A stretch of 32,000 nucleotides of DNA from Blattabacterium cuenoti (GTDB taxonomy: Bacteria > Bacteroidota > Bacteroidia > Flavobacteriales > Blattabacteriaceae), in contig CP059204.1 in the NCBI GenBank assembly GCA_014251975.1, forward strand, positions 30,001-62,000, written 5' to 3'. The notes under the pieces were generated by a model. It ran no database searches. It saw only the letters and a list, made by a program, of their open reading frames with translations, and was not told where the DNA came from. The position numbers and the translations under genes were made by a program. Positions 1 to 10,131 of the stretch are shown here, in pieces. Numbering within the stretch: the stretch's first letter is position 1; every line of letters starts with the position of its first letter.

Positions 1-1
1 A

Positions 2-2752
2 TTTTTTAATAAAGAACCGTTAATTATAAGAATATCTAAATATATACCATGCGCAAAAATATACGCATATAAACATTTTCTAGGAGATAAAATTATTAAA
101 ATTGTTTTTTCTGACAAAGGTAAAAGAATAGAATCATTTATAAAAAATAAACAACAAATAAAAATACAAAATATTAAATTTTCTTTTAATAAAAAAAATT
201 CTTACGGAATAGATATAATTGAAAATAATAAAAAAATATACTTCAAATCTCCTTTCTTAGGAAAAGAAATTAATATGTATAATGGAAGTATTATACATAC
301 TAAAAAAAATATATATATACCTCTTAAAATAAGGCACTTATATGAAACTATAATAAATTCAAAAGAAAAAATTTATTGGATAGTACCTGATCCTATATTT
401 AAAGGGAAACTAAAATATTTTACATCATGTGATAAAGGCTCTAACGAAAATGATTCTTTAAGTTCTATAACAGCAGATGTGTTTTTCAAAGGACAACATA
501 GATCCATTATGTTTTTAGGCGGTAGAAATACATTAAATATGAGTAATCCTATTTATATTAAAAATTATAAAATATATATTGGATATGGATCTAAACAATA
601 TACTATACCTTTTTATTTATATTTAAAAAAATTTGAATTAAAAAATTATCCAGGATCTAATTTCCCTTCTTCTTTTATAAGTTATGTAACATTAATAGAT
701 AATAATAAAAAGAAAAATTATTCTATATATATGAATAATGTACTAAATTATAAAGGATATAAATTTTTTCAAATAGGATATGATCCAGATAATAGTGGGA
801 CTTATTTATCTGTAAATAATGATTATATCTCTACATACATTACTTATTTTGGATATATATTAATGAGTATTGGGATGTTATGTACTTTATTTACTAAAGG
901 CTCAAGATTTAGTTATTTAAAAAATAAATTACACTCTTTAAAAAATAAAAATTTTTCTATATTATTATTTATTGTAATATTCATTATTTTTAATGAACCT
1001 ATTTATTGTAATAAAATAGTAAACGATTATACTTATAACAAAAATATTGAGTCAGTACATAATACTAATAATATTTTAGAAAATATTAATGTAATTAATA
1101 TTCCTAAAAAACATTCAGAAAATTTTGGTAAATTATTGGTACAAGATTACAAAGGTAGAATTAAACCAATTAATACTGTTGCTATTGATTTATTGAGAAA
1201 AATTTATAGAAAAGATACTATTGGTAATTTAGATGCTAATCAATGGTTTATATCAATTCATAAAGATAATATTTTTTGGATGAAAATTCCTTTTATTAAA
1301 ATTGATAAAAGAGGACAAGAATATATTTTAAATAAAATTAAAAAAATAAAATATAAAGGTGTTAAAGATTACGTTTCAATGATTGATCTTTATAATATTA
1401 ACCCAAATACACTACAACTTGAATATCTTTTTCAAGAGGATTATAAAAATTCTTTTTCAAAAAATCCTTCACTTAGGAATGAATATGATAAAAATATTAT
1501 TAAACTTAGTGAACGTGTCGGTATTTTACATGAAATTTTTCAAGGTAAACATATTAGAATTTTTCCTATACCAAATGATATTAACAACACTTGGACTAGT
1601 TGGTGGAATCAAGTAGATAATAAACTAAACATTAAAGGGTATTATATATTAACAAATTATTTTAAATCATTAGAAAAATCAAAATATATAAAAAATTGGG
1701 ATATTTCAAATAAAGAGATAGACAAAATTAAAAAGTTCCAAATTAAATATGCAAAAAATATTATACCTACAGATAATAAAATAAACGCAGAAATTATTTA
1801 TAATAAAATAAATATCTTTTATTATTTATCTTTTTTATATGGTATATTAGGATTAATAATAATTTTAAATTCATTTTTTAAAATTTTTTATAGAAAAAAA
1901 ATTTTAAATATTTTAAATAAAATTGGTTTATTAATTTCAGTAAATCTATTTATTTTAGATACTGTAGGGTTAATAATTAGATGGTATATTTCTGGACATG
2001 CACCATGGACTAACGGATTTGAATCATCTATTTTTATAAGTTGGTGGGTAGTATGTATTGGATATTTATTTTTTAATAATTCATTTGTTATAGGTATTAC
2101 ATCTTTAATATCATCTATTCTTTTATTTATTGCACATGGAAGTGCAATGGATCCAGAAATAACTAATTTAGTACCAGTTTTAAAATCACCATGGTTAATA
2201 ATTCATGTAGCTACTATTACATCTAGTTATGGTTTTTTTTTAACAGGATCTGTGTTAGGTTTTTTAGTATTAATTTTTTATATTTTTAAAGTATTTTTAA
2301 AATCTTTTAATAAATTAATTTTAAATCAAATAAATAAATTAACAATAATAAATGAAATTTGTCTTATAATAGGATTATTTTTATTAACTATAGGTACTTT
2401 TTTAGGTTCTGTATGGGCTAATAATAGTTGGGGTCGTTATTGGAGTTGGGATCCTAAAGAAACATGGGCATTAATAAGCATTTTAATTTATGCTTTTGTT
2501 TTACATATAAGATTAATACCTAATTTAGGTAAAAATATTTTATTGTTTAATTTTTTAAGCACTTTATCAATAAGCTCTATAATTATGACTTATTTTGGTG
2601 TTAATTATTATCTTTCTGGATTACATTCATATGCAAAAGGTGATCCAGTTAATATACCTTATTGGATATATTATGTGTTATTAATTTTTTCTATTATTAC
2701 ATTTTTAGCATTTTATTTAAATAATATGAATTCTAAAGATTCAAATAAATAA
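2..2752 (+). CDS. ccsA: Fused System II cytochrome c biogenesis protein CcsBA (ResB/CcsB-like periplasmic domain plus CcsA heme-handling domain); 5' end truncated by the window edge
   Basis: The frame of the 275..2752 ORF stays open back to nt 2 with no stop (FFNKEPLIIRISKYIPCAKIYAYKHFLGDK...). The ATG at 275 is therefore most likely an internal Met. The N-terminal part looks like the ResB periplasmic domain (YPGSNFPSSFISYVTL, IYMNNVLNYKGYKFFQIGYD). The C-terminal part is polytopic and carries the Trp-rich WWD heme-handling motif WGRYWSWDPKETW (nt 2429-2467) with flanking conserved His residues (SGHAPWTNG, FVLHIRL, SGLHSYAKG). Confidence 0.85.
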   Translation, partial: FFNKEPLIIRISKYIPCAKIYAYKHFLGDKIIKIVFSDKGKRIESFIKNKQQIKIQNIKFSFNKKNSYGIDIIENNKKIYFKSPFLGKEINMYNGSIIHTKKNIYIPLKIRHLYETIINSKEKIYWIVPDPIFKGKLKYFTSCDKGSNENDSLSSITADVFFKGQHRSIMFLGGRNTLNMSNPIYIKNYKIYIGYGSKQYTIPFYLYLKKFELKNYPGSNFPSSFISYVTLIDNNKKKNYSIYMNNVLNYKGYKFFQIGYDPDNSGTYLSVNNDYISTYITYFGYILMSIGMLCTLFTKGSRFSYLKNKLHSLKNKNFSILLFIVIFIIFNEPIYCNKIVNDYTYNKNIESVHNTNNILENINVINIPKKHSENFGKLLVQDYKGRIKPINTVAIDLLRKIYRKDTIGNLDANQWFISIHKDNIFWMKIPFIKIDKRGQEYILNKIKKIKYKGVKDYVSMIDLYNINPNTLQLEYLFQEDYKNSFSKNPSLRNEYDKNIIKLSERVGILHEIFQGKHIRIFPIPNDINNTWTSWWNQVDNKLNIKGYYILTNYFKSLEKSKYIKNWDISNKEIDKIKKFQIKYAKNIIPTDNKINAEIIYNKINIFYYLSFLYGILGLIIILNSFFKIFYRKKILNILNKIGLLISVNLFILDTVGLIIRWYISGHAPWTNGFESSIFISWWVVCIGYLFFNNSFVIGITSLISSILLFIAHGSAMDPEITNLVPVLKSPWLIIHVATITSSYGFFLTGSVLGFLVLIFYIFKVFLKSFNKLILNQINKLTIINEICLIIGLFLLTIGTFLGSVWANNSWGRYWSWDPKETWALISILIYAFVLHIRLIPNLGKNILLFNFLSTLSISSIIMTYFGVNYYLSGLHSYAKGDPVNIPYWIYYVLLIFSIITFLAFYLNNMNSKDSNK

Positions 2753-2852
2753 AAAATTTATAATTTTTATTTTTTTTATATAAAAATATTTAAAAATTAT
2801 AATTTTTGTAGATTATATCTAAACATAAAAAGTACTAAAATATTTATATAAA

Positions 2853-5555
2853 ATGAAATGCAAACTTATAAAAGATATTTTTATTAATTTTTTTAAAACA
2901 AAAAAACATAAAATTATACCTTCTTTTCCTATTTGTTTGGATAATGATAATTTAAATTTTTTTGTAAATGCTGGTATGTCTCCATTCAAAAAATATTTTA
3001 TAGGTGAAGAAATACCTATTTATACTAGAATTGCTAATTCTCAAAGATGTTTAAGGGTAACAGGAAAACATAATGACTTTGATCAAGTAGGGTATGACAA
3101 TTATCATCATACTATGTTTGAAATGTTAGGTAGCTGGTCTTTTGGAGATTATTATAGGGAAAAAGCAATAAAATGGGCCTGGGAATTATTAGTTGACGTT
3201 TATAAAATACCCAAAAATGATATATATATATCTATATTTAATGGTAATTATGAAGATAAATTACCTATTGACAAGGAAACTTTTAAATATTGGAGTTATT
3301 TTGTAAGTAACAATAATAATATACTTTTTTTTGGAAAAGAATATAATTTTTGGGAAATGGGAGACAGTGGCCCTTGTGGTCCTTGTACTGAAATACATGT
3401 AGACTTACGAAGTCATAAAGAAAAAAAAATAATTCCTGGTAAAAATCTTGTAAATAAAAATCATCCTAAAGTAATAGAAGTATGGAATTTAGTTTTTATA
3501 GAATTTTTAAGAAAATTAGATGGTAAACTTACACCTCTACCTATAAAACATGTAGATACTGGTATGGGTCTAGAGAGATTATGTATGATATTACAAGAAA
3601 AAGATTCTAGTTATGATACGGATATATTTTCAAATATTATTTATAAAATTAAAGAATTTATATCAGTTAATAAATATAATTATGAAAATAATTTCTCTCA
3701 AAATATAGCTATTAGAATATTGGTAGATCATTTAAGAGCTGTTATTTTTTCTATATATGATGGACAATTACCTTCAAATAATAAAGCTGGATATATAATA
3801 AGAAAAATTTTAAGAAGAGCAATAATTTATATAAATCGTTTTTTAAATATAAAAAGTGCTTTTATATATAAATTTGCAGAAATATTTATTGAAGAAAATA
3901 AAAATTTATATCCAGAACTAAAAAAACAAAAAGAACATATAAAAAATATAATTAAAAAAGAAGAAATTTTATTCTTTAAAGTAATTAAAAATGGAAATAA
4001 AAAAATCTATCATATTATAGAACAATATAAAAAAAAAAATAAAAATATTATTGATGGAGAAATTATTTTTAAATTATACGATACTTATGGATTCCCAATA
4101 GAAATATCAAAAATTATTATCGAAAGTAATGAATTATCAATAGATGAAAAAAAATTTAACAAAAAATTATTAGAACAAAAAGTAAGATCTAAAAATGCAA
4201 ATAATTTAAAAATTTTTAAAGATAAATGGATTAAGGTATATAAATATATATATAAATCAGAAGATTATGAAGATTCTTTTATTGGGTATAATAATTATAT
4301 AAAATACAATAATTACATAATAAAATATAGAAAAGTATTAAATACTACAAAAGAAAATTATTATTATGAATTAGTTTTGTTTAAAACACCTTTTTATCCA
4401 GAAGGTGGTGGACAAATAGGTGATACTGGATATTTATTAAATAATGATGAAAAAATTTTTGTATTCGATACTAAAAAAGAAAATTCTTCAATTTTACATT
4501 GTGTAAAAAAATTACCTAATAATATATTATCTAAATTCACAACTTATATTAAAAAAAAAAGAAGAAAACAAATTGAAATAAATCATACATCTACTCATTT
4601 ATTAAAATTTTTTTTAAAAAAAATTTTAGGTAATCATGTAGAACAAAAAGGATCATATATTAGTAATGATTATATAAGATTCGATTTTACTCATAATAAA
4701 AAAATTTCATGGGATGAAATGAATAAAATAGAGTATAATATTCAAAAATCAATATTATTAAACATACCTTTAAAAGAAGAAATTTTTGAATGTATAGATA
4801 AAAAAACATATAATAACTTTTTAAGTAAAAAACTAAAAAATGAAAAAAAATTTAGAAAAATAACTTTTGGAGAATCATCTGAATGGTGTATAGGAACACA
4901 TGTAAACAATACTGGTAAAATTAAAGTACTAAAAATTATTTCAGAAAAATCTATATCTAACGGAATTAGAAGGATAAAAGCTATTACGTATGATAAGGCA
5001 ATACAATATTTAAATGAAATAAGTATAAAATATAATTTACTTAAAAAATCTATAAAATCAAGTTATACTAGTGATACTAATAAATATAAAAAAGAAAATA
5101 AAAAACTAAATAAAAATATACATAATATTTATTCAAAACAAACTAAAATTCTAGAAAATAAATATAAAAAAGAAATAAAACATATTAATTCTATAAAATG
5201 TATTTGTGATATTGAATTTTATAAATATGAATTTCTTAATGAACAAATTATTAAAAACGTTATGATAAATTTAAAAAAGGAAATATTAAATTTATTCATG
5301 TTCGTAGGATTTATAGAGAATAATAAATGTTTTATACTTATTACTACATCATGTGATATTATAAAACATAAAAATATTAAAGCTAATAAGATAATAAATA
5401 AAATAAAACCATATATAAATGGTAAATATTTTTGGGGGGATAGTTATTTCTCTGGATCATCAGCATATATAAATAATGATACAAATTATAATAATACAGA
5501 TAAACTATATATAGTTTATAATTATATTAAACAATATATAAAAAAAATATTTTAA
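2853..5555 (+). CDS. alaS: Alanine--tRNA ligase (AlaRS)
   Basis: 900 aa. Class II AlaRS signatures are present: FFVNAGMSPFK, RCLRVTGKHNDFDQVG, HHTMFEMLGSWSFGDYY, GPCGPCTEIHVD, WNLVFIEF, DTGMGLERL. Editing-domain metal site residues are present: HTSTHLL and WCIGTHV. Confidence 0.97.
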   Translation: MKCKLIKDIFINFFKTKKHKIIPSFPICLDNDNLNFFVNAGMSPFKKYFIGEEIPIYTRIANSQRCLRVTGKHNDFDQVGYDNYHHTMFEMLGSWSFGDYYREKAIKWAWELLVDVYKIPKNDIYISIFNGNYEDKLPIDKETFKYWSYFVSNNNNILFFGKEYNFWEMGDSGPCGPCTEIHVDLRSHKEKKIIPGKNLVNKNHPKVIEVWNLVFIEFLRKLDGKLTPLPIKHVDTGMGLERLCMILQEKDSSYDTDIFSNIIYKIKEFISVNKYNYENNFSQNIAIRILVDHLRAVIFSIYDGQLPSNNKAGYIIRKILRRAIIYINRFLNIKSAFIYKFAEIFIEENKNLYPELKKQKEHIKNIIKKEEILFFKVIKNGNKKIYHIIEQYKKKNKNIIDGEIIFKLYDTYGFPIEISKIIIESNELSIDEKKFNKKLLEQKVRSKNANNLKIFKDKWIKVYKYIYKSEDYEDSFIGYNNYIKYNNYIIKYRKVLNTTKENYYYELVLFKTPFYPEGGGQIGDTGYLLNNDEKIFVFDTKKENSSILHCVKKLPNNILSKFTTYIKKKRRKQIEINHTSTHLLKFFLKKILGNHVEQKGSYISNDYIRFDFTHNKKISWDEMNKIEYNIQKSILLNIPLKEEIFECIDKKTYNNFLSKKLKNEKKFRKITFGESSEWCIGTHVNNTGKIKVLKIISEKSISNGIRRIKAITYDKAIQYLNEISIKYNLLKKSIKSSYTSDTNKYKKENKKLNKNIHNIYSKQTKILENKYKKEIKHINSIKCICDIEFYKYEFLNEQIIKNVMINLKKEILNLFMFVGFIENNKCFILITTSCDIIKHKNIKANKIINKIKPYINGKYFWGDSYFSGSSAYINNDTNYNNTDKLYIVYNYIKQYIKKIF

Positions 5556-5600
5556 ATAATATAATTTTAAAATGTTTAAACTTGAAAAAAGATAAATAAT

Positions 5601-8333
5601 ATGAGTAGTGATAGATATTCTTTTCTAAATGCTTTTCATATTAAAGATATAGAGTCTATTTATGAAAAATTTAAAATAAATCCAAATTTAGTAGAACCTA
5701 CTTGGAGTGCATTTTTTAGTGGTTTTGATTTTGGAGAAGAAAATAATAAATACAATAATAATTTAAAAAATATAATAAAAAAGAATTTTTTATTATATAA
5801 TTTAATACAATATTATAAAAATTATGGACATTTTTTTGCCAAAAAAAATCCAATAGAAAAAAATGTTTTCAAATTTCCATTTGAGAAAAAATTAGAATTA
5901 CATAATGATAAAGAAATAAAAAATCATTTTTATTCAAAAAAAATGATAAATTTTGAAAATATATCATTAAAAAAAACAATACATAATCTAAAAAATACTT
6001 ATTGTGGATCTATAGGACTAGAATACATGCACATTATAGATTATGAAAAAATTCAATGGATAGAAAAATGGTTTAAAAAAAAATCAATTAAATTATCTAT
6101 TGATGATAAAAAAAATATTTTATACAAACTGTACAAAACAATATCATTAGAGAATTTTATTCATAAAAAGTTTCCAGGTCAAAAGAGATTTTCTATAGAA
6201 GGGAATGAATCAGTTTTATTAGCATTAGAAGATATAATAGAATTTTCTTCTAAACAATACTTAACCGAAACATTTGTTATAGGAATGGCTCATAGAGGTA
6301 GATTAAATGTGATTTCAAATTTATTTAATATAGATTATTCAAAAATATTTAGTGAATTTAAAGAAATAGAATATAAAGATAAATCATTTTCTGGAGATGT
6401 TAAATATCATCTAGGATTTTCTGTTTTCAGGTATACAAATTTATATAAATATATTGAATTAAATTTGGTCCCTAACCCATCTCATTTAGAATCTGTTAAT
6501 CCTGTTGTTGAAGGTATATCTAGGGCAAAAATAGATATTTTATATAATGGCAATAGTAAAAAAGTAATACCAATATTAATTCATGGAGATGCCTCTTTAT
6601 CAGGACAAGGTATTGTATATGAGGTATTACAATTATCTAAATTAAAAGGATATAAAACAGGTGGAACTATACATATAGTAATAAATAATCAAATAGGATT
6701 TACTACTGATATTTGTGATAGTAGATCTAGTATATATTGTACAGATGTAGCTAAAGTTGTATCATCTCCAGTTATACATGTAAATTCTGAAGATATAGAA
6801 TCTGTTATACATTCTATAAGATTTGCTATAGACTATAGAATGAATTATAATAATGATATTTTTATAGATTTAATTGGATATAGAAAATATGGACATAATG
6901 AAAGTGATGAGCCACGTTTTACAAATCCATCTATATACAAAATTATATCTAAAAAAATTAATTGTTATGATATATATAAGGAAAAATTAAAAACAGAAAA
7001 AATTATTGATGATAATGAAATACAAAATATAGAATATAAACAACAATTACTTTTAAATAAAAAATATAAAAATTCAAAAAAAATAAAATGGAAATTTATA
7101 AATACATTTTTGGAAGATAATAAATGGAAACGATTCCCAATAGTATTTGATGACAAATCTGTATTTAAAAAAGTAAATACAAAATTTCCTATTGAAACAA
7201 TAATAGATATAGCTTATAAAATTTTTACTATTCCTGATAATAAAAATTTTATAAAAAAAATAAAATCTATATTCAAAAAAAGGTTAAAAATGATAAATAA
7301 TAATTATGTTGATTGGAGTATGGCAGAATTATTATCATATGGGACATTATTATATGAAGGTTTTAATATTAGATTGTCTGGAGAAGATGTAGCTAGGGGG
7401 ACTTTTTCTCAACGTCATATTGTAATTAAAACAGAAGAAGAGGAAGAATTAATTATTTTAAATAATATAATAAATAAAAATATATTAAGTAAAGTAGAAG
7501 TATATAACTCACCTTTATCAGAATACGGTGTATTAGGGTTTGACTATGGATATTCAATGGTATCTCCTTATGTTTTAAATTTATGGGAAGCACAATTTGG
7601 TGATTTTAGTAATGGTGCACAAATTATAATAGATCAATATATATCATCAGGAGAAAAAAAATGGAAAATAAAAAATGGAATTGTTTTATTATTACCACAT
7701 GGAGATGAAGGACAAGGCCCTGAACATTCTTCTGCACGTATTGAAAGATATGTTCAACTTTGTGCAAATAATAATTTATTTATAGTTAATTGCACTACAC
7801 CTTCTAATTTTTATCATTTAATAAGAAGACAAATGAAATTTTGTTTTAGAAAACCACTTATAGTTTTTACACCTAAAAGTTTATTAAGAAATACAAAATG
7901 TATATCTTCTATAGAAGATCTTTCTAATGGATTTTTTCAAGAAATTATGGATGATTTTACTATAAAAGATTCAGAAAAAGAAAAAATAGAAAAAATAATT
8001 ATTTGTTCTGGTAAAATATATTACGATCTTTTAGATAAAAGATATATTATTAAGGATAATAAAACTGCATTAATTAGAATAGAACAAATTTATCCTTTAA
8101 AAATTAAAAAAATTATTAATATTTTAGATAAATATAAAAACAAAAAAAAAATTATTTGGGTACAAGAAGAGCCATCAAATATGGGATTATGGAGTTTTAT
8201 ATCAATGAAATTTAGAGTTATAAATTCATTAAAACTAGTTTCTACACCTGAAAATTCTAGTCCATCTACAGGATCTTATGCAGATTATTTAAGAAATAAA
8301 CATAAATTATTAGAAAAAGCTTTTATTTATTAA
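5601..8333 (+). CDS. sucA: 2-oxoglutarate dehydrogenase E1 component
   Basis: 910 aa. Conserved blocks: GMAHRGRLNV, GDVKYHLG, HGDASLSGQGIVYE, NNQIGFTT, GYRKYGHNESDEP, RLSGEDVARGTFSQRH, WEAQFGDFSNGAQ, LLPHGDEGQGPEHSSARIER. sucB follows directly. Confidence 0.97.
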   Translation: MSSDRYSFLNAFHIKDIESIYEKFKINPNLVEPTWSAFFSGFDFGEENNKYNNNLKNIIKKNFLLYNLIQYYKNYGHFFAKKNPIEKNVFKFPFEKKLELHNDKEIKNHFYSKKMINFENISLKKTIHNLKNTYCGSIGLEYMHIIDYEKIQWIEKWFKKKSIKLSIDDKKNILYKLYKTISLENFIHKKFPGQKRFSIEGNESVLLALEDIIEFSSKQYLTETFVIGMAHRGRLNVISNLFNIDYSKIFSEFKEIEYKDKSFSGDVKYHLGFSVFRYTNLYKYIELNLVPNPSHLESVNPVVEGISRAKIDILYNGNSKKVIPILIHGDASLSGQGIVYEVLQLSKLKGYKTGGTIHIVINNQIGFTTDICDSRSSIYCTDVAKVVSSPVIHVNSEDIESVIHSIRFAIDYRMNYNNDIFIDLIGYRKYGHNESDEPRFTNPSIYKIISKKINCYDIYKEKLKTEKIIDDNEIQNIEYKQQLLLNKKYKNSKKIKWKFINTFLEDNKWKRFPIVFDDKSVFKKVNTKFPIETIIDIAYKIFTIPDNKNFIKKIKSIFKKRLKMINNNYVDWSMAELLSYGTLLYEGFNIRLSGEDVARGTFSQRHIVIKTEEEEELIILNNIINKNILSKVEVYNSPLSEYGVLGFDYGYSMVSPYVLNLWEAQFGDFSNGAQIIIDQYISSGEKKWKIKNGIVLLLPHGDEGQGPEHSSARIERYVQLCANNNLFIVNCTTPSNFYHLIRRQMKFCFRKPLIVFTPKSLLRNTKCISSIEDLSNGFFQEIMDDFTIKDSEKEKIEKIIICSGKIYYDLLDKRYIIKDNKTALIRIEQIYPLKIKKIINILDKYKNKKKIIWVQEEPSNMGLWSFISMKFRVINSLKLVSTPENSSPSTGSYADYLRNKHKLLEKAFIY

Positions 8334-8344
8334 AAAATGATATT

Positions 8345-9562
8345 ATGATTGTTAAAGTTAAAGCACCATCTCCGGGAGAATCCATTACGGAAGTAGAACT
8401 TTCATCATGGTTAATAAAAAATGGAGATTATGTTAAAAAAGGACAAACCATAGCTGAAATTGATTCAGATAAAGCTACTTTGGAAATAACCTCAGAAGAA
8501 AATGGTACAATTAAATTATTAGTAAAAAAAGGAGAAAAAATTAAAGTAGGGGATGATTTATGTGAAATACATATTTCTAAAAAAGTAGAAAATAAAGAAA
8601 ATATTAACATATCTTATCAAAAGGACCTTAAAAAAAAATATTTAAATACAACAGCTTCTCCATCAGCTAGAAAAATATTAAGAGAAAAAAATATTCCAAT
8701 TAAATTAATTAAAGGTAGTGGAAAAGATGGTAGAATTATAAAAGAGGATAGTATGATTTATAATACTTCATTATATAACAATTATTCTTCAAATTCTTCT
8801 TATGTTGGTAATTATAATTGTAAATCATATAGATCTAAAAAAATTACACCATTATCATCTTTAAGAAAAAAGTTATCTGAAAGGTTAGTTTTTTCTAAGA
8901 ATAAAACTGCTACGTTAACAACATTCAATGAGGTAAATCTACAAGAAGTTATTTCAATAAGGAAAAAATATCAAGATATTTTTTTTAAAAAACACGGTGT
9001 AAAATTAGGATTTATGTCATTTTTTACTCTTGCTTCTATTAGAGCACTAAAACTTTATCCAGATGTAAATTCAGAAATTAATGAAAATAATAAAATTACT
9101 TTTCAGTATTTTGATATAAATATAGCAATGTCTGGACCTAAAGGACTTATGGTACCTGTAATAAAAAACGTAGAAAATTTTTCTTTTAGAGGTATAGAAC
9201 AAGAAATACAAAGATTATATAAAAAAGTACAAGACTGTACAATATCTATTAATGATATGATAAGTGGTACTTTTACAATTACAAATGGTGGTGTATTTGG
9301 GTCTATGTTATCTACTCCTATTATAAATCCCCCTCAAAGTGCTATTTTAGGAATGCATAAAATTATATATAGAGCTATAGTAGTAAACAATAATTCTATT
9401 GAAATTAAACCAATGATGTATTTAGCATTATCTTATGATCATAGGATAATTGATGGTAGAGAATCAGTAGGATTTTTAAATTCTATAAAAGAATCTATAG
9501 AAAATCCTATTAAATTTTTAATTAATGGAGAAAAAAATATATATAAAATATTAGAATTATAG
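8345..9562 (+). CDS. sucB: Dihydrolipoyllysine-residue succinyltransferase (2-oxoglutarate dehydrogenase E2)
   Basis: 405 aa. Lipoyl domain with EIDSDKATLEI (Lys43, codon at nt 8471-8473). Peripheral subunit-binding domain ASPSARKILREKNIPIKLIKGSGKDGRIIKED. Catalytic acyltransferase motif SYDHRIIDGRES. Ends in TAG. Confidence 0.95.
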   Translation: MIVKVKAPSPGESITEVELSSWLIKNGDYVKKGQTIAEIDSDKATLEITSEENGTIKLLVKKGEKIKVGDDLCEIHISKKVENKENINISYQKDLKKKYLNTTASPSARKILREKNIPIKLIKGSGKDGRIIKEDSMIYNTSLYNNYSSNSSYVGNYNCKSYRSKKITPLSSLRKKLSERLVFSKNKTATLTTFNEVNLQEVISIRKKYQDIFFKKHGVKLGFMSFFTLASIRALKLYPDVNSEINENNKITFQYFDINIAMSGPKGLMVPVIKNVENFSFRGIEQEIQRLYKKVQDCTISINDMISGTFTITNGGVFGSMLSTPIINPPQSAILGMHKIIYRAIVVNNNSIEIKPMMYLALSYDHRIIDGRESVGFLNSIKESIENPIKFLINGEKNIYKILEL

Positions 9563-9573
9563 TTTTTTTTAAA

Positions 9574-10131
9574 CTAAATATATATATACTTAATATATTT
9601 TTTTTTATTTTTGTTCATATTTGTTTTTATAAAATTAATTTGATTTTTTAAAATTCCATGTATGTCCATTTTTTGTGCTTTCAATAACAATAATTTTGCT
9701 CTTTCTTTATCTCCTTTATATAAAGAAGTTATTGCTAGGTTTATATTAGCTAAAGCTATATCTTGTTTAAATTTTAATCCTAAATTTAAAGCTTTTTTCA
9801 TATAATATTCAGATTTTAAAATATTTTTTTTTTTCAAATATAGTATCCCATTTAAAAAATAAAAGTATGAAATTTGATTTTTAGTTAATTGTAAATTAGG
9901 ATATTTAATGTATCCCAAATATTTTTGTAATCCTATAATATCTTGTTTATACAATTTTAAAATAGCTAGTAATATAAATTCATTTTTAAAAAAAAGAAAA
10001 ATACAAATTAAACTAATTAAAATAAATAAAAAACTAAATAAATAATATCCTTTATATAAAAAATATATGGAAAACAAAAAAAAAGTTATAAAACCTACAA
10101 ATTTTATATATTTATTATGTATATATTTCAT
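9574..10131 (-). CDS. Hypothetical membrane protein: two N-terminal TM helices plus a TPR-like helical C-terminal part
   Basis: 185 aa. Hydrophobic stretches FVGFITFFLFSIYFLY and LFSFLFILISLICIFLFF. The C-terminal half has TPR-like repeats (YYMKKALNLGLKF, ALANINLAITSLYKGDKERAKLLLLKAQKMD). The start overlaps the stop of the upstream esterase gene in an ATGA (nt 10128-10131). I recognise no family. Confidence 0.5.
   Translation of the reverse strand: MKYIHNKYIKFVGFITFFLFSIYFLYKGYYLFSFLFILISLICIFLFFKNEFILLAILKLYKQDIIGLQKYLGYIKYPNLQLTKNQISYFYFLNGILYLKKKNILKSEYYMKKALNLGLKFKQDIALANINLAITSLYKGDKERAKLLLLKAQKMDIHGILKNQINFIKTNMNKNKKKYIKYIYI

Noticed and set aside
1383-1616. A 77-aa ORF on the plus strand nested inside ccsBA in another frame.
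   Set aside because: It lies wholly within a well-supported CDS. Its composition is low-complexity Ile/Phe/Lys, as expected for an off-frame reading of AT-rich DNA. It has no recognisable motif.
2798-2808. A near match to the Bacteroidota -7 promoter element TAnnTTTG (TATAATTTTTG) about 45 nt upstream of alaS. A similar one-off match (TTATTTTG) ends at 18691 upstream of actA.
   Set aside because: Neither is an exact match, neither has a TTG -33 partner at suitable spacing, and such strings are common by chance in this composition. The evidence is not strong enough to call a feature.
6965-7156. A 63-aa antisense ORF inside sucA.
   Set aside because: It is antisense to a highly conserved CDS. 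Its Phe/Ser/Ile-rich composition is typical of the reverse frame of Lys/Asn/Glu-rich coding sequence.
8428-8610. A 60-aa antisense ORF inside the sucB lipoyl domain.
   Set aside because: Same reasoning as for the other nested ORFs: it sits inside a conserved CDS and has no motif.
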